Shown here: positions 1 to 13,639 of the stretch, piece by piece
How the letters are laid out: each line of letters opens with the position of its first letter
Numbering within the stretch: the stretch's first letter is position 1
DNA from: Phoronis australis
Taxonomy: Eukaryota > Animalia > Phoronida
NCBI GenBank assembly: GCA_002633005.1
Contig: NMRA01000347.1
Coordinates: 124,001 to 188,000 of the forward strand
Direction of reading: 5' to 3'
Length of the DNA stretch: 64,000 nucleotides
The notes under the pieces: generated by a model
Told to the model about the DNA's origin: nothing
Databases searched by the model: none
The model's input: the letters and a program-made list of their open reading frames with translations, nothing else
Translations under genes and position numbers: made by a program

Positions 1-703
1 TTTGCGGAGTAGATTTTTATGCCTCGCTCCCTCCTGGTAATAAAAATTTAGGGGTCCCATTGGACCCCGTGTGGGTCCCGCAAAACTTGATGAAAAAGTA
101 CTGCATGCCTTCCTGCAACTTTTGGTACACGCCTGCACTCGGGCACGCTGTCAATAGTGAGTGACACCTCGGGAAGATATACGCCCGTAATTACTAATCA
201 TTGCACCATAAATTACGACGGCGTAAATTACTCTCGCAACTCAATTCTTCACGGCATAAAATTAGTCTAATAATTTAATCATGGCGAACAAGTCATTGCG
301 GAAATGAATGTCGAAGGCAATCCCACTCCAGCCTCCTTATAAATCCACTTTGGCATCGTCAAGTTGCGTTACCGTGACACGCGCAATAGATCTTGGCTGA
401 TGTGACCGTTTACAAGCCCGCTAATTATATTTGGTCTGCTATTGTTTTTTGCTATACAAGCAGTTAAAACCCTTAAAAATTCGAAGCTAGTGTCGTTTAT
501 TGATGTATATTTTTACCGGATTTTAAAAAGTTTTGAACTGTCTCTACTTAAATTTGAACCGATCTCGACATATATGACACTGATTTTTTATGCTTTTTGA
601 CAGCACAACAACATGTTTGATGAATTTCTTGACCCAAACATCTGTAAGAATTACGTCATTAATTCTTCTTTTGATCTTTTTATTTCGTTTCTTTTTTCTC
701 CAA

Positions 704-1279
704 ATGGGCATAGATTTCGAAACAAAATACAACTCATTAATCGTCAAATACATTCCCAAGGAGTACACGGAAGTCGAACTAAAGAGATTATTCGAAGAAA
801 TTGGTCCAATTTCAAATTGCTCTATATCCAAAGACTCCGAGGGACAGTTTAATCTTGGATTCGGTTTCATCGAGTATGAGCGAAAACAAAATGCCAAAAA
901 AGCCATTGAAAGCTTTGACAAAATGATCGTCAACAATCGCAAACTGCGAGTCGACTACGCAATCAAAGACCCAACCATTCCCAGGGGTGTAAATCTTTGC
1001 ATTTGGGATATTCCCGATTATTACACGAAGGGAAAACTGAAGAAAGAATTCAAGAGGTTCGGAAAAATCATCTGCACACGCGTTTTGCCCGAGGGAATCG
1101 GGTACGTTATATTCCACGAAAGAGACAGCGCGAACAAAGCGATGCAGGAAATGAATGGCAAAGAAATAGAACAGGGGCAGGGCATTTTGAGAATGGCCAT
1201 ATTACCGGCGAAGGAGGAAGACAAAGCCAGCCCAAGCGTAGCAGAAAACAACGACAAACAACCTGCACAAAAAGTATAA
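704..1279 (+). CDS. Intronless two-RRM RNA-binding protein, ELAV/Hu/Sex-lethal-like, divergent
   Basis: RRM1 NSLIVKYIP...NLGFGFIEY...AKKAIESF...LRVDYA and RRM2 NLCIWDIP...FGKIICTRV...GIGYVIF...ANKAMQEMNG match ELAV RRM1/2 (NLIVNYLP, SLGYGFVNY, GRIITSRI). The ORF is open from 590, but ATG 704 just before RRM1 is the more plausible start. Confidence 0.8.
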   Translation: MGIDFETKYNSLIVKYIPKEYTEVELKRLFEEIGPISNCSISKDSEGQFNLGFGFIEYERKQNAKKAIESFDKMIVNNRKLRVDYAIKDPTIPRGVNLCIWDIPDYYTKGKLKKEFKRFGKIICTRVLPEGIGYVIFHERDSANKAMQEMNGKEIEQGQGILRMAILPAKEEDKASPSVAENNDKQPAQKV

Positions 1280-2529
1280 AAGAAACACCGATGAAGGAAA
1301 CTTATTGGAAATTTGAACTGTACAGAAGAAGGAAAACCACAAGCCCTTGGAGAAACAGTTTGCATTTTGCACGTGCTCGGCGAGCGAACACGTGGTAGAT
1401 GGTGGGATGCATTGAATATTAAACGTCTAGTAGGGTGCTCACTATTAGAAAACGGGTAGGACAAACTAAAATCGTAACGCCAGACAAACAAAGCAAAAGG
1501 AATGAAATAAACAAATATGACCCCACACAAAAAACAAAAGCAGTTTACAACTTAAAATACAAACAAGCGTGCAACACTTAATGTCAATATAAATATGTTA
1601 TGCTCAGTGGAAACGCAACTTTCGTGAACCCCAAAACGTCCGACAGTGCCTGTACTAATCAATCTTGCATCATGGCGGCAGATCCTTTCCGTCCAATATC
1701 AAGACTTCGTTCGTCATTTCTTCCTGTACATTATACGACAAAATTTGTTGAACACACGGCAAGCGATAAAGTCGTTAATTGAAAATCTTCAGCCATCAAT
1801 AGTGAACTTTTGTTTTGTGTTCAGCAAATTTTGTCTACAGTGGGGCTGCCATCAAGTTAATCTGACATGCGCAGTAACAGATACATAATGTTCATGCTAT
1901 CAGTAAACATTCGTTGAGTCAACATGTCAATAGGAGTCTAAAAAAGAGAAATGGGTATGATTTCATTCGAAAACAATAAAACTGAACAATGAAGGTATTT
2001 TGTCACATAACGTGAAAACCGCTTCTATTTGGTAAATGTCATAAAACATATGGTAAATACATGTACATATAAAGGTAAAACACTAGAAAATACATAGAGA
2101 AGCTTTTATTTTTTTAAATCGTATAAAGTATACATGGTTATATGACTGGGTTGCCAGCAAAGGCACGGGCCGCAAATAGCTGACCACCGAGTAACAATAA
2201 ATTAAATATATATTAACAATTAAGAAGAACAGTATAAATAACAATAGAAATAAATACATCTACAATGAAATAAGATGCAATGCAAGTTTATCTAAAATGT
2301 AAATTAATGTATTTGACGGCGACACATTAAAGCCATGGTGAGCGTCTGAGACACAGATTTAGCCAATCTCCATTTTGGTCAAATTTCAAATCATCTGGTT
2401 AAAATTTGCTTGCCATCAATAAAGTAGGATTTCGTTTCTTTTTTACTAAACGCGAAAATAGAATTAGACATTTAAACACTCACTGAAATCGGTCTCATGA
2501 CATTCCTTCCACTGCCGTTTTCGTCGAAA

Positions 2530-2639
2530 CCATCCTCAAGAAACCGCTTCATTGAGGTCGGTTAAGCATATGTTTTCGTTAGCAACAAAGAACATCGAAA
2601 TCATCCTCAAGGAACCGCTTCATTGAGGTCGGTTAAGCA
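2530..2639. repeat. Direct repeat, 2 copies of ~38 bp, ~70 bp apart
   Basis: catcctcaag(a/g)aaccgcttcattgaggtcggttaagca occurs at ~2531 and ~2602. Confidence 0.8.
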
Positions 2640-3965
2640 ATTGCCAATAATTAACAATTTCCATTTCTTGCTGTGACTGTATGACTTTGCAGCCGTACGC
2701 TAACTTGAACGTAATTGTGGCGGCAAGGGAATATATAGTACGAGACAAATTTGACTAAGCTAATTAATTTTGCGATTTTATCCGCAAAACAGGACAAAAT
2801 GCAACTTCAAGGTTATGTACGAGTTAAATGTATTTTAAACTTGTGAAGTATGCAAAATAATATTTACTCATGAATCAATTTCTTAGCTTCTGGCATAATT
2901 TACACCAAAAACTGATGAAGAGCTTTTTAATGACATGACTGTTATGCAATTCATTTGAAAAAAGGCGGATTTGTGTAAAATTGTAACGACAGTAAATTCC
3001 ATATCACCAGGAAAGCATGGATAAGTCATTACGTTATAAGTTTTTATAATTTATGCTTATACTGGTGGATATTACTTATTTAGAATGCTCTCCTTACAAA
3101 TCTTGGTTCAAATGGACGCAACGCACGCATGCAACTTTGTCTGAAACAAATCAATCTAATTCTGTTCAAGTTTTGCAATTTTAGGTTTGATGTTTTGTCA
3201 TTTTATAAACAAACAAATTCTCCAGTCGACATTACTGCCAAGAACATGTGATATGCGAAGTGAATTAAAAAAAAATAAAATACACGGGTAGGCTGAAATT
3301 TGATTTTTATTCATCATATTGTAAACAATAATTTAAAAGTTTAACAAATGAATAAATGAAAAATTATCGAAAAATCCTTTTAACAAAAAATTCTAACTTG
3401 CTGCAAAACATTTGGACCTTGATTCGTCTTTGTCTTGCAGTCCTCTCGGCACGTGGTGGTAACAGAATGCACCCGCGATTTTATACCTTTCGTGTGCGTG
3501 CTCAGCATCGTTGCCAATGACGTATTCGGCGAATTTTCACATGTCCGTAAGTTAGTGTGCTCTGAGGAAACTGTCTCCCTCTCTCCTTGATCTGTACATG
3601 CATGTGTGTCCGCCCGTCTGTTCGTCTTTCTTTCCATTTTTTCTTCCCACCCACCATCCCATCCACCCAGCGGGGCAAATTGAAAACGATTTGGCTGTTT
3701 TGTCAATAATCTGGTAATAATTTTTAGAACGCTCTGTGATTTTAATACGCTCAGTGAAATTAAAGGAATAATTGTTATTACTTTAAATTTGGCATTTTGT
3801 TTTTTTCTACTGGATCAAAACGTAACAATGAGGTTATAAATTATGACGTTTTGATGACATCAGTACAATCTGCCTTTTTCATATAGCGAAAGCAACGCGC
3901 TGAAAGTGAAAAATGGAACATAATATTGGGTTCCGAGAGTTAGAAGTACACATGTATTGATAATC

Positions 3966-4630
3966 ATGGCAGCGATGTGTTTTGGAATAATTGAACAGTT
4001 CTCGAGCGATGGATCGCAGAAATCGGACGAAACGGAAACAAACGAAGACGCAGAAGACGAGGAAGAATCCCAGTCGCTCTCTGAGCGCAATTCGTCTTCC
4101 GAATCAATGGTTTCACCAAAATTACGATTGAACCAGCGACGTCCGATGAAGACGTTTCGTGCAAAGAATCGCCAGAACGCAAGACTTCGTCATCTGATTC
4201 AATTGAATTCCAAAGTTTTAGTACTGAATCAGTCAGCTCATTTAAAACTGACGACGATGATGAAGACGACATTAACGGGGCAGAGTCGTCACTCAACTGT
4301 TCCAACAGGGGGTGCGGAAGTGACGTTGGAAGCTCTGAAGAGGAAAGTCTCCCAAAAACAAGATCTGAACTTGAATATGAAAGATTCCTTGCATTTAATG
4401 AGATGATGCATGAGAGATTAAAACACATTGATGAATGGCCAGCGCCCAGACCAAGTCTATGGAAAAGGTTCAAAAACAGATTTTATAAAAGTTTCCCGCG
4501 ACTCAAGCCAAAACCAAAGGACAGAAGATACGTTATTCATTTGCCCAAGCCATGGCTCAAGCCCAGGACTTATGATTGGTATCTTCCAGATCAATTTGAT
4601 TGTATCGGATGGATGTGCTCAAGTTATTAG
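3966..4630 (+). pseudogene. Acidic/Ser-rich orphan ORF with basic Trp/Pro-rich C-terminus, copy 1, with a 1-bp frameshift near 4117
   Basis: MAAMCFG...EDAEDEEESQ...SMVSP changes frame into ITIEPATSDED...RFKNRFYKSFPRLKPKPKDRRY...WMCSSY*. Copy 2 has tcacctaaaattacg where this copy has tcaccaaaattacg. Confidence 0.5.
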
Positions 4631-6119
4631 ATTAGGATTTGATCAGCTCAACCAGGTAAAATTTTCACATACATCTTATTGGTAGATTTGAATTATTTTT
4701 TCTGTTTAAAAGGCTTAAGAGCTCATGAATACCAATTTTTTCTCAAACAAAGCATGGAAAGCATAAAAGTTTTTTTCATATTGCAAAAGCAAACACAAAA
4801 CGAAATTTATGCACCAAATTAGCCATTCAAAAACTTCGTTTCATTTTATATTTGTGAATTGTATTTAAAACAAATTCTACGGTGGTGCTTTTGTGACAAG
4901 GAGTGTTCTCACACAAAAGGAGGAAAACTGGCAATAAATTCAATGTGAAGTAATGGTTACTACCGTGGTGTGGTCTTCTTTACGGACCTCATATCTTGCC
5001 GCTGTCACCAGAATATTAACAAGTAAATAGCGAGTGTAAGCATATAGCCAGACAGCTATATTGTTGCATCCGGACCTGTAAACTAATATTTATGTCTCTC
5101 GAAAGATGCGCGTTCAGTTCTTACTGAAAAGTCTTTTTCCCGCCAAATCGACACTTATATCAATGCAGAATGCACAATCCTAATTTTCTCGTCGCTCTTG
5201 CGTTCGATTAACCCTCACCTTGTCCCGCGTAACCAACAATTTAAAGCAACATAATCAAACAAGTAACAATGCTGTACAAAAGAATGTTGTTACGAAAAAA
5301 ATGAGCAAAAGGGTTATATTAACATAGGGCGGGACTTAAACTCGACGACTCTCTAAAAGGGTGAATATCTCCCTATGGCACAAACACTCTGTTGGTATGT
5401 GCTGCCCCATAGATATGCATTTCATTATTTTTGGACATTTGCTTCTAAGGCTATAAAAACAGGCCATATCCAACAGTCAAAAGTTGAAATATTTCACAAT
5501 CCAAAATATGCACTTTGACGTGTCTTTTGACTGTTAGCAAAACTAACAAAAGTCGTCGTCTGTAATTTGAAGTATTTTAACCATAAATTCGAAATCAAAA
5601 TTCTTGTCCAAATACCAAGCTGAAGGTTCCTTAGTCTGGGTTCTCTTATGCTATATACAAGCATGAACAAATATGCAACAAGGGTAAATTGTAATGTTGC
5701 ATGGACTGTCCATCAAGAGCTCTCATTTTTTGAGTCTTTTTCTCTCAGCAGGCTTGTCAATATCTCAGATTCTTGATTCCCATCTGACCGCGTCTGCATG
5801 ACTTGCCACAGGAAGTCTCTCACTCAGTCTTTAGTCTTTCACACCTGTGTTTGTTGGGGACTCTATCTAGTGAGAGGCAGAAGAACTTCGATTAGAAAAG
5901 GAACACATCGCGGCGCTTTGCACGAGCATTTCCGAGAGAGCCTCCGTAAGAGCTCTTTTAGGGAAAGGCAACTGAACCCTTTGTGAAAAGTTTTCCCAAA
6001 GGGTTCAGCTTATTTTACGTTGAGGCATAGATCACAAATATATAAATGAGGGGGCGGGGTGGCAGGGCCTCTCCATTAAAATGATGAAAAGCATTACCGT
6101 GCAGTGCACGAGTTTCTTC

Positions 6120-6210
6120 AACAGTCAACAGACAGATGGAATAAGCGAACAGATGGACTAACGGACGGACGGAGGACTGACGTATGGACGGACAGACAGA
6201 CAGCCAACAA
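6120..6210. repeat. Degenerate GACG/GACA microsatellite, typical of Helentron-associated non-autonomous elements
   Basis: gacagatgga...acggacggacggaggactgacgtatggacggacagacagacagcc. Confidence 0.5.
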
Positions 6211-8654
6211 GAGATGGGAAGCCATACCGGCACAGGAGCTTCGTGACGAGCGTCAGAGACTTGAAATGGGACAAGACCGTGGTAGTATAATTGGTGTCGA
6301 CAGCAGTACGCTCACATTTCATTCGGTCCTCTACTAAAAAAATGTTCCTACGGTTATGCCAGCTTTTTAAATATTGGGGGCACGCTGACAAACGCCCTCT
6401 GCTGGCGCGCGGGAACTGCTGATCCCCTGTCAGTCTTGTTAAGCCCCTGGTGGTTGACTCTGTTCGCCAATCATTATAACACGTAAATAGCAAGAATAAC
6501 AGCATTTTACAAATTAATGTCAGAGAAATTAGACGTGAGACAGTAGATAAGATGCATTTGTGAATGAACGCTCGTTTTAAGCAGCTGAACCGCCTTCAGT
6601 CTAGACGTCAGAAGCCCACCCACCTCTGATTGCAATATTTTTACACATTGTTCTTCTGACTAGCTTCTGCCCTCGACCTCAGTCGGTCAACATTGCTCAA
6701 CATAATTTGACAGTGCCCTCGGAATCCGTGTTTGAATATCAAACCTAAAATTAGGTATCGTACATTTCACTTTTTAACTACAGATGACGAGTTCAGCAAA
6801 AAATATCATCAATTAAAAACGTTATAGTTAATGATGTTTCAGTCGCATATTGTGAAGGCGTATTCTTCTGAGGTACAGTGGGCCATTAAAGAGATCATGG
6901 GTCGAAAAAGTATTAAATATACCGTTCGAATGGATAGTGTGACAACTTTGTTTTATGTCGGAAAGTTGAAGGAAAGATGGAAGTGAGTAAACATGTACAT
7001 GAAATACTGTTTTAAAACTCCTAACAGCGAGTTCTTTATATATGATGGAAAATGTGAAATGAATTTGTGACATTTGCGAATTCTAACGTGCGTGAAACGA
7101 AATCCTGTAGTCTAGAATATTTCAGGTATTCCTCCTTTTTTTCATGTGTGTAACATTCTTTAAGTGCTAAGTTGAGTGTCATAGAAGGCACTGGCTTCAA
7201 TTCTACATGTATTTTTCACAATTGCTCCTCGAAGGTGCCGATCGTAAAAAATGTGCTAGTTGCGTTGAACAAACCAAATTAGCGACCGAACAATGAATTT
7301 TTTTAAAAAGCAGTCGGATTTATTAGAGTACACAGAGAGGCATGTCCTTCTCAATTAAACGAAATAATTTTGTGTGTTTCTGGTACAAAGATGCGTTGGC
7401 TTAACTTTAACTCACTGTAACACTAGTCTGACGGTTTTATTTAGTATACCGTAGTAATGCCTTCATAGAAGCCCTGTGACTCTCTTTAGCTACAGTTTCG
7501 TCTCGTAGCTAACATGGCGGCATTTATAAAGAACCTTCAAGATATCATCAAAACTCTGAAATTATGCTTTTCAGGATATAATTACAGTTATACAATTACA
7601 TCAAGATTGAAGTACAGCTATAGATTGTTGCTTTGATGTTTTTGGCGACAGGAAATTAATGCTGACGAAATATATCCTTCACAAAAGTTTTCCTCGCAAA
7701 AAAAATCATCTTATTCAGAAAGAAGGCGACTTGCAGAGTCGTATCTTCAAACTTCCACCAGGAGAAAGATCGCCAAGAAAATGGTCAAAACATAAACACA
7801 ATCTTGATCACATGTGGAAGTGTCGTCAAGTCGTCCGTTTATGAATTAAAAATGCGTAACACTAGATGGAAGGGTGAGAATGAAAATCGGAAAAAGCGCT
7901 TAACATCGTGGGTTTTAACTTGTGATCAGATTATCGCGATGTTTCACACTTACGTCCCTGAGAAGGGTTACCTAAATATTCATCTATCAAAAGTACTTTT
8001 AGCCATTGTTCTAAGTGTTCACAATGTTACGTCGAACGATCGGCGGAGCCATTTTCAGACTGACGATTTTATGCTTGTGTTTCAGTTGGTTGCCGTAATG
8101 GACGGCATGGCGTATGGCCGACGACGATTCCTGCAGGTTAGAAAATCGCTATTTCATAAAATACCTCACAAATTGCTATGCATAACATCAAATTTGCCGC
8201 CGTGTGTTGTGTCTTTGAAAGTCTAAAAAGAACGTGGGCGTGTTTATGTGGAGACCCTTTCTCTTCGTTTTCCCGTATGTCTACTTTATGGCACTGTTTT
8301 TCAATCCATGGATAGACTACATCGAATGACCAAGATTACTGTCATGAAATCTGTGACATTCATGATACATATAATTCTTAGTACATAAGTTTGATAGTGT
8401 TATTACTTATTGATATTATTTCTTTGCTAGCCAATTGTTTTTGTTTATAGAAACTTGTTTTGGCTGTTAGCTGAGTCAGCGACCAACCCATCCGGTGCAT
8501 CCACACATGTTTTGATGATCTCTGTAGTAAACAAGATTGCGTAATGGTCATTCACAGAAACATTGCCTCAAGACAGCTGACCATTACCATATATGGCAAA
8601 CACAACAGAGTAGTTCAGATGATTGTTGTGAAAGTTTTAGAGTTGCTTCCTGTT

Positions 8655-9264
8655 NNNNNNNNNNNNNNNNNNNNNNNNNNNNNNNNNNNNNNNNNNNNNN
8701 NNNNNNNNNNNNNNNNNNNNNNNNNNNNNNNNNNNNNNNNNNNNNNNNNNNNNNNNNNNNNNNNNNNNNNNNNNNNNNNNNNNNNNNNNNNNNNNNNNNN
8801 NNNNNNNNNNNNNNNNNNNNNNNNNNNNNNNNNNNNNNNNNNNNNNNNNNNNNNNNNNNNNNNNNNNNNNNNNNNNNNNNNNNNNNNNNNNNNNNNNNNN
8901 NNNNNNNNNNNNNNNNNNNNNNNNNNNNNNNNNNNNNNNNNNNNNNNNNNNNNNNNNNNNNNNNNNNNNNNNNNNNNNNNNNNNNNNNNNNNNNNNNNNN
9001 NNNNNNNNNNNNNNNNNNNNNNNNNNNNNNNNNNNNNNNNNNNNNNNNNNNNNNNNNNNNNNNNNNNNNNNNNNNNNNNNNNNNNNNNNNNNNNNNNNNN
9101 NNNNNNNNNNNNNNNNNNNNNNNNNNNNNNNNNNNNNNNNNNNNNNNNNNNNNNNNNNNNNNNNNNNNNNNNNNNNNNNNNNNNNNNNNNNNNNNNNNNN
9201 NNNNNNNNNNNNNNNNNNNNNNNNNNNNNNNNNNNNNNNNNNNNNNNNNNNNNNNNNNNNNNNN
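8655..9264. other. Assembly gap (610 N)
   Basis: Run of N; ORFs spanning it are artefacts. Confidence 1.
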
Positions 9265-9806
9265 CCAGCCGCTCTCTGAGCGCAATTCGTCTTCCGAATC
9301 AATGGTTTCACCTAAAATTACGATTGAACCAGCGACGTCCGATGAAGACGTTTCGTACAAAGGATCACCGGAACGCAAGACTTCGTCATCTGAATTCCAA
9401 AGTTTTAGTCAGCTCACTTAAAACTGACGACGATGATGAAGACGACATTAACGGAGCAGAGTCGTCAATCAACTGTTCCAACATTGGGTGCAGATGTGAC
9501 GTTAGAAGCTCTGAAGAGGAAAGTCTCCCAAAAACAAGATCTGAACTTGAATATGAAAGATTCCTTGCATTTAATGAGATGATGCATGAGAGATTAAAAC
9601 ACATTGATGAATGGCCAGCGCCCAGACCAAGTCTATGGAAAAGGTTCAAAAACAGATTTTATAAATGTTTCCCGCGACTCAAGCCAAAACCAAAAGACAG
9701 AAGATACGTTATTCATTGCCCCAAGCCATGGCTCAAACCCAGGACTTATGATTGGTATCTTCCAGATCAATTTGATTGTATCAGATGGATGTGCTCGAGT
9801 TATTAG
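9265..9806 (+). pseudogene. Acidic orphan ORF, copy 2 (5' end in the gap), with a 10-bp frameshifting deletion near 9409
   Basis: Near-identical to 4070-4630; carries a 9-bp in-frame and a 10-bp frameshifting deletion relative to copy 1. Confidence 0.5.
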
Positions 9807-11403
9807 ATTATTGCTTCCCAATGAATCTACACGTCTTGTACAGGCTTTTCAGTGTCTCTGCCCATCACTGCAGGAGACGTTGAAAGTTATTACGACGTGC
9901 GATATGGAGTAGGTCGACCATACAACAGAATGTGACCATGTGCGTGCTCACCAGAAATTTAGCGAGTTGTCCAAGCTCAAACAGCGCGTGTCGAAGAAAT
10001 CGCGGAGAACCATATCTAGTCGATAACTCCTGAAGAAAACGAAATTCTCGCCGAGGGCACGAAGCTTCAGTTTTCTGCGCAGAAGATGTCTCAAATTTCT
10101 TAATAACTACCTAGTGTCTCAATGGACTGAGGTCCATAGGAAATCTGCGATAATTCTTCCAGAGACAGTTTTAATTCTTTCTATCACAGACTTTCGATGG
10201 CATGATTCAGTTGCATATAGGTACATGTTACCATAAGAGACGTCAGAATAGTTTTATACATTCCTGGTCTCATATTATTGTACTGGGTATGCAAGTTTTT
10301 GTTTCTTTTTGGTGAACATGTTTTTGCTGGATTATGCGAATTAGTTAGATTGGACAAAAGCCTGCTTCATCGTTTAGGTTCCTTGTTTGCGCACGACTAA
10401 ACTATGTCTTCAGTTGAACATTATTGAATTGCTGTTTATAATACATTTGCTGTTAGTTGTCAAAACCTCGAGTCTTTTCTTTTATGTTAGCTTCAGTGTC
10501 CCATGTAACCTGCATGTCAAGAGAAAGTCTTTTATACAGACCGCTTCTCTCTTCAATGAAACACAGTCGCGTATTTTGAGACTTCAATGTTTCACAAATT
10601 CTCCCTCCCAAACCAAACGAAGCAAATGGATTCTAAAGTAGGCCAGTGTGCAATCTTATTAACTGAATGAAAGTAGTTCTCTAACTGGTCACACCTAATT
10701 ACGATGTTCATTACCTGCAGCTGGAGACCAGACAAAGACCTCAAATCAATGATAAAGCGTGTCCAGCAACTCCATGAAGTAGCTGAGTTCCTGGCGATAG
10801 GCGGCGCTTTTCTTATTTCAGTGAAAATAATGAATGCACAGATAATTTCGTAATTCTAAGTCCAAAATCTGAAAGTTATCAGCAAGTATTGATTATTATT
10901 AACTTCTTTTCTTCAAGCAGAGATATTAAGAAAACAAAAAAGTATAACAAAAACGATATCATGCATTTGATCGATCTAGTACTTCCGAAAAGTTCTAATC
11001 TCGGACCACTAGTCCGAGTTCTAATTTAGTGTCAGAGAATGTGTTTCAAATGCCTTTATGCATTTTCAAGGGTTTTCAAAACTTTTACGACTTAATATAA
11101 TTAACGTTGCGTTACACCACGAAAAATTGTTCACAGCCATTACAAATAATCTAGTACACTTAATGAGTATGACTAAGGGATTTAATTGATAAAGGTAAAA
11201 TTACCACCTTGAAAAGTGTTCGAAAAATAACATTTTCTACTTCGAAGGCCAATAGGTTCAAAATTATTGCACCCGCAAATAAAATTTAGGAAAAATGATT
11301 ATTGGCATCTCTCGTTAATGAGTCAATTAATGGCTGATGTGCACAGAACACATTAATAAAAAAATCGACAACCGCTTGAAAATGTCAGGCAATTGGAAGC
11401 ACC

Positions 11404-11675
11404 CAGGGGTTCGTGAAAAGTGTCTAAAGACTTAAGACTTAGATCCCACTTCAAAATTGCCAAATAAAGGTTTAGTCTTGTAATGTTAGCCCATCACTGC
11501 CTGGAAACATTTTGTGAAAATTTTCTCAAAAAGTAACAATGATGAGTATATTCCAACGGCAAGATACTTTATTCGCTTGCTAAAGTGAGTTTTAATTATT
11601 TTTTCAGAAATAGTTGTGGGGAGCGTCAGATCAAATTTCTGTCTTAGGTCTAAGTCATTATTCATGAAAAAGACT
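11404..11675. mobile_element. Degenerate MITE, likely the same family as 13640-13907
   Basis: Imperfect inverted ends (ttcgtgaaaag..gacttaagacttag / cttaggtctaagtc..ttcatgaa); tcagatcaaatttct matches the reverse complement of agaaatttgacct at ~13680. Confidence 0.4.
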
Positions 11676-13639
11676 TTTCAGCGAGTTGACAAGCGTCAGT
11701 TACTGTCTTGTGGATGACAAACATCGACAAATCAAAGTCAGTATGCGTTATGCACTGGTGAAAAAATGTATGTAAACATTAGGACAAATGACTTGCTGCA
11801 TCTTTGCCCGATAATGTTTAGTTTATAAATGACGTCATTTCAATGTTATGAGCACACGGCACAATTACCGTTGATTTTAACTTTGGTATCTCCTTTCAAG
11901 TGATAAATCGTTACATTTAAAACTGTTTCTTTTACTAGTGAAAACTTGTAACCTAACGTGCAACTGAGTACATAGATGTAGGATCGATGAGATCCGCCAC
12001 GGGAACAGTCTGGGTGAAGTATTTAAAAATTCTGCCTGCAAAATGAAAGAAACTTAGGAATTCGAAGCGTACAGCATAAATACAAAACGTACCTCGATTG
12101 GCGCAGACAATAATATCCCACGAGACATTATTCCGCGTATCGACTTCGACCTTCGGCCTCGGTCAATACACGGAATTATGTCTCGTGGGATATTACTTCA
12201 TGTGCACCGCTCTCGGTAAGTTTTGTATATTTAATTTCCCCCATTTTAGTTTTCTTGGTCCTAGACTCCATGTATTTGAGTTGACAGGAGAATAAAAAAT
12301 ATTGGTGATGCAAATCTGTTGCCTATGATCTTATGATTCGACTGGCATAACTCTTAACTACTCAAACGAAATTTGAAGACGAGGTTTTCAGACGAATAAA
12401 AATTTGCAGATTAATTTTCACTCCCATCCTCATGCATATTGGTTACCATCTTCGAAAAGATGTGAGGATTTCAGGAGGTTAATCAAATGTGTTGAAAAGT
12501 GAACATCCCAGTGTACCTACCCAGCATAGTCTCGCTGGGGGTGTGGATTTCAGGCTAAAGTCCAATAGGTTTATTTTGATTAAAAAGAAATATACGTTTA
12601 ATTGCAGTTTAAATTAATTTTGAATCATTTGTAAGAGTAGTATAGCTTAAATGCTGAAGTCTGAATTATTCAGAATTGCCATCTTAGCCACAACAGTTTT
12701 AAGAATAGAAATTCAGAGCGTACGCCCGTCACGTACATCTATCGCCCTCTCGCAGCTTACATCGAGTTGCCTGATAAAAATTTCTTTAATGTAATCACAA
12801 AAATTAGCGTGTTATACTTCACAAACATTTCACTAAATAATCATGTAAAACAAAAAGTGTAATTTTACAATTTCATACAAAATGGATTTTTATTTTTTTC
12901 CAAAATTCAAATTCTTTGCGAACTTCCGCCACACCCCGTGCTTAAGAGCCAATATTTTCTCTCATAAAGGCAACAGATCTGACAAATGTTATTATATGAA
13001 GTAAAAGCTCTCAATAAGACTTAACAATGTATGTATTCGTTATTTTCTTAGGATGAAAATCTTATCACTATTGATCAAAATGTTCCCTGTTTGCACGTCC
13101 GTCACAGCTGGATACACCTGATATACCTTTCTGTACTACAGTATCCTGTCAAGCGGCTTATTGAAGGGCCTGGGGGTTGCTTCACAGGAAACACACATAT
13201 GTATAATAAAATTACACAAATAACTCAGTTATACGTAATTCGAAAAATACAGAAATAAACAAAAACAAAATAAAGAGTTTGCACTTGACAGGAATTTTCT
13301 TTACTTGCAAGAAACTGTAGAGAAACACTTGAACACCTTGCATGCATTCTTCAACTTCGGAGGCTAATAGTACGAGGCACAGGGAAGAAAGTTCATCTCT
13401 AAGAGGGTTAGAAACGCCTTATTGCACGTAAGTGTACACTAAGTGATGCTGAAGGCACTACTGAGAACTGACAACCTACTCTTAACTGCAGTACTTCAAA
13501 ACAAACATTTATTTTAAGCACAATTTACTGATTTTTGGTATCGTGGCCAATTGTTTCGTGCTAGTTGGACTGCCGCGTATGACATAATATGTCATTTGTA
13601 CTTTTGCTCATTAATTTCGTTTAGTTGTCATTGCCAGGC

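Noticed and set aside
590-703. Hydrophobic N-terminal extension on the RRM protein
   Set aside because: It arises from a T-rich tract typical of UTR or intron sequence; ATG 704 is more plausible, though an upstream exon is not excluded.
7514-8230. Possible RecQ-like helicase fossil (DVFG.., KSLFHKIP)
   Set aside because: Motif fragments are too short and scattered to support without a search.
8537-9421. Long ORFs across the N run
   Set aside because: Artefacts of translating N.
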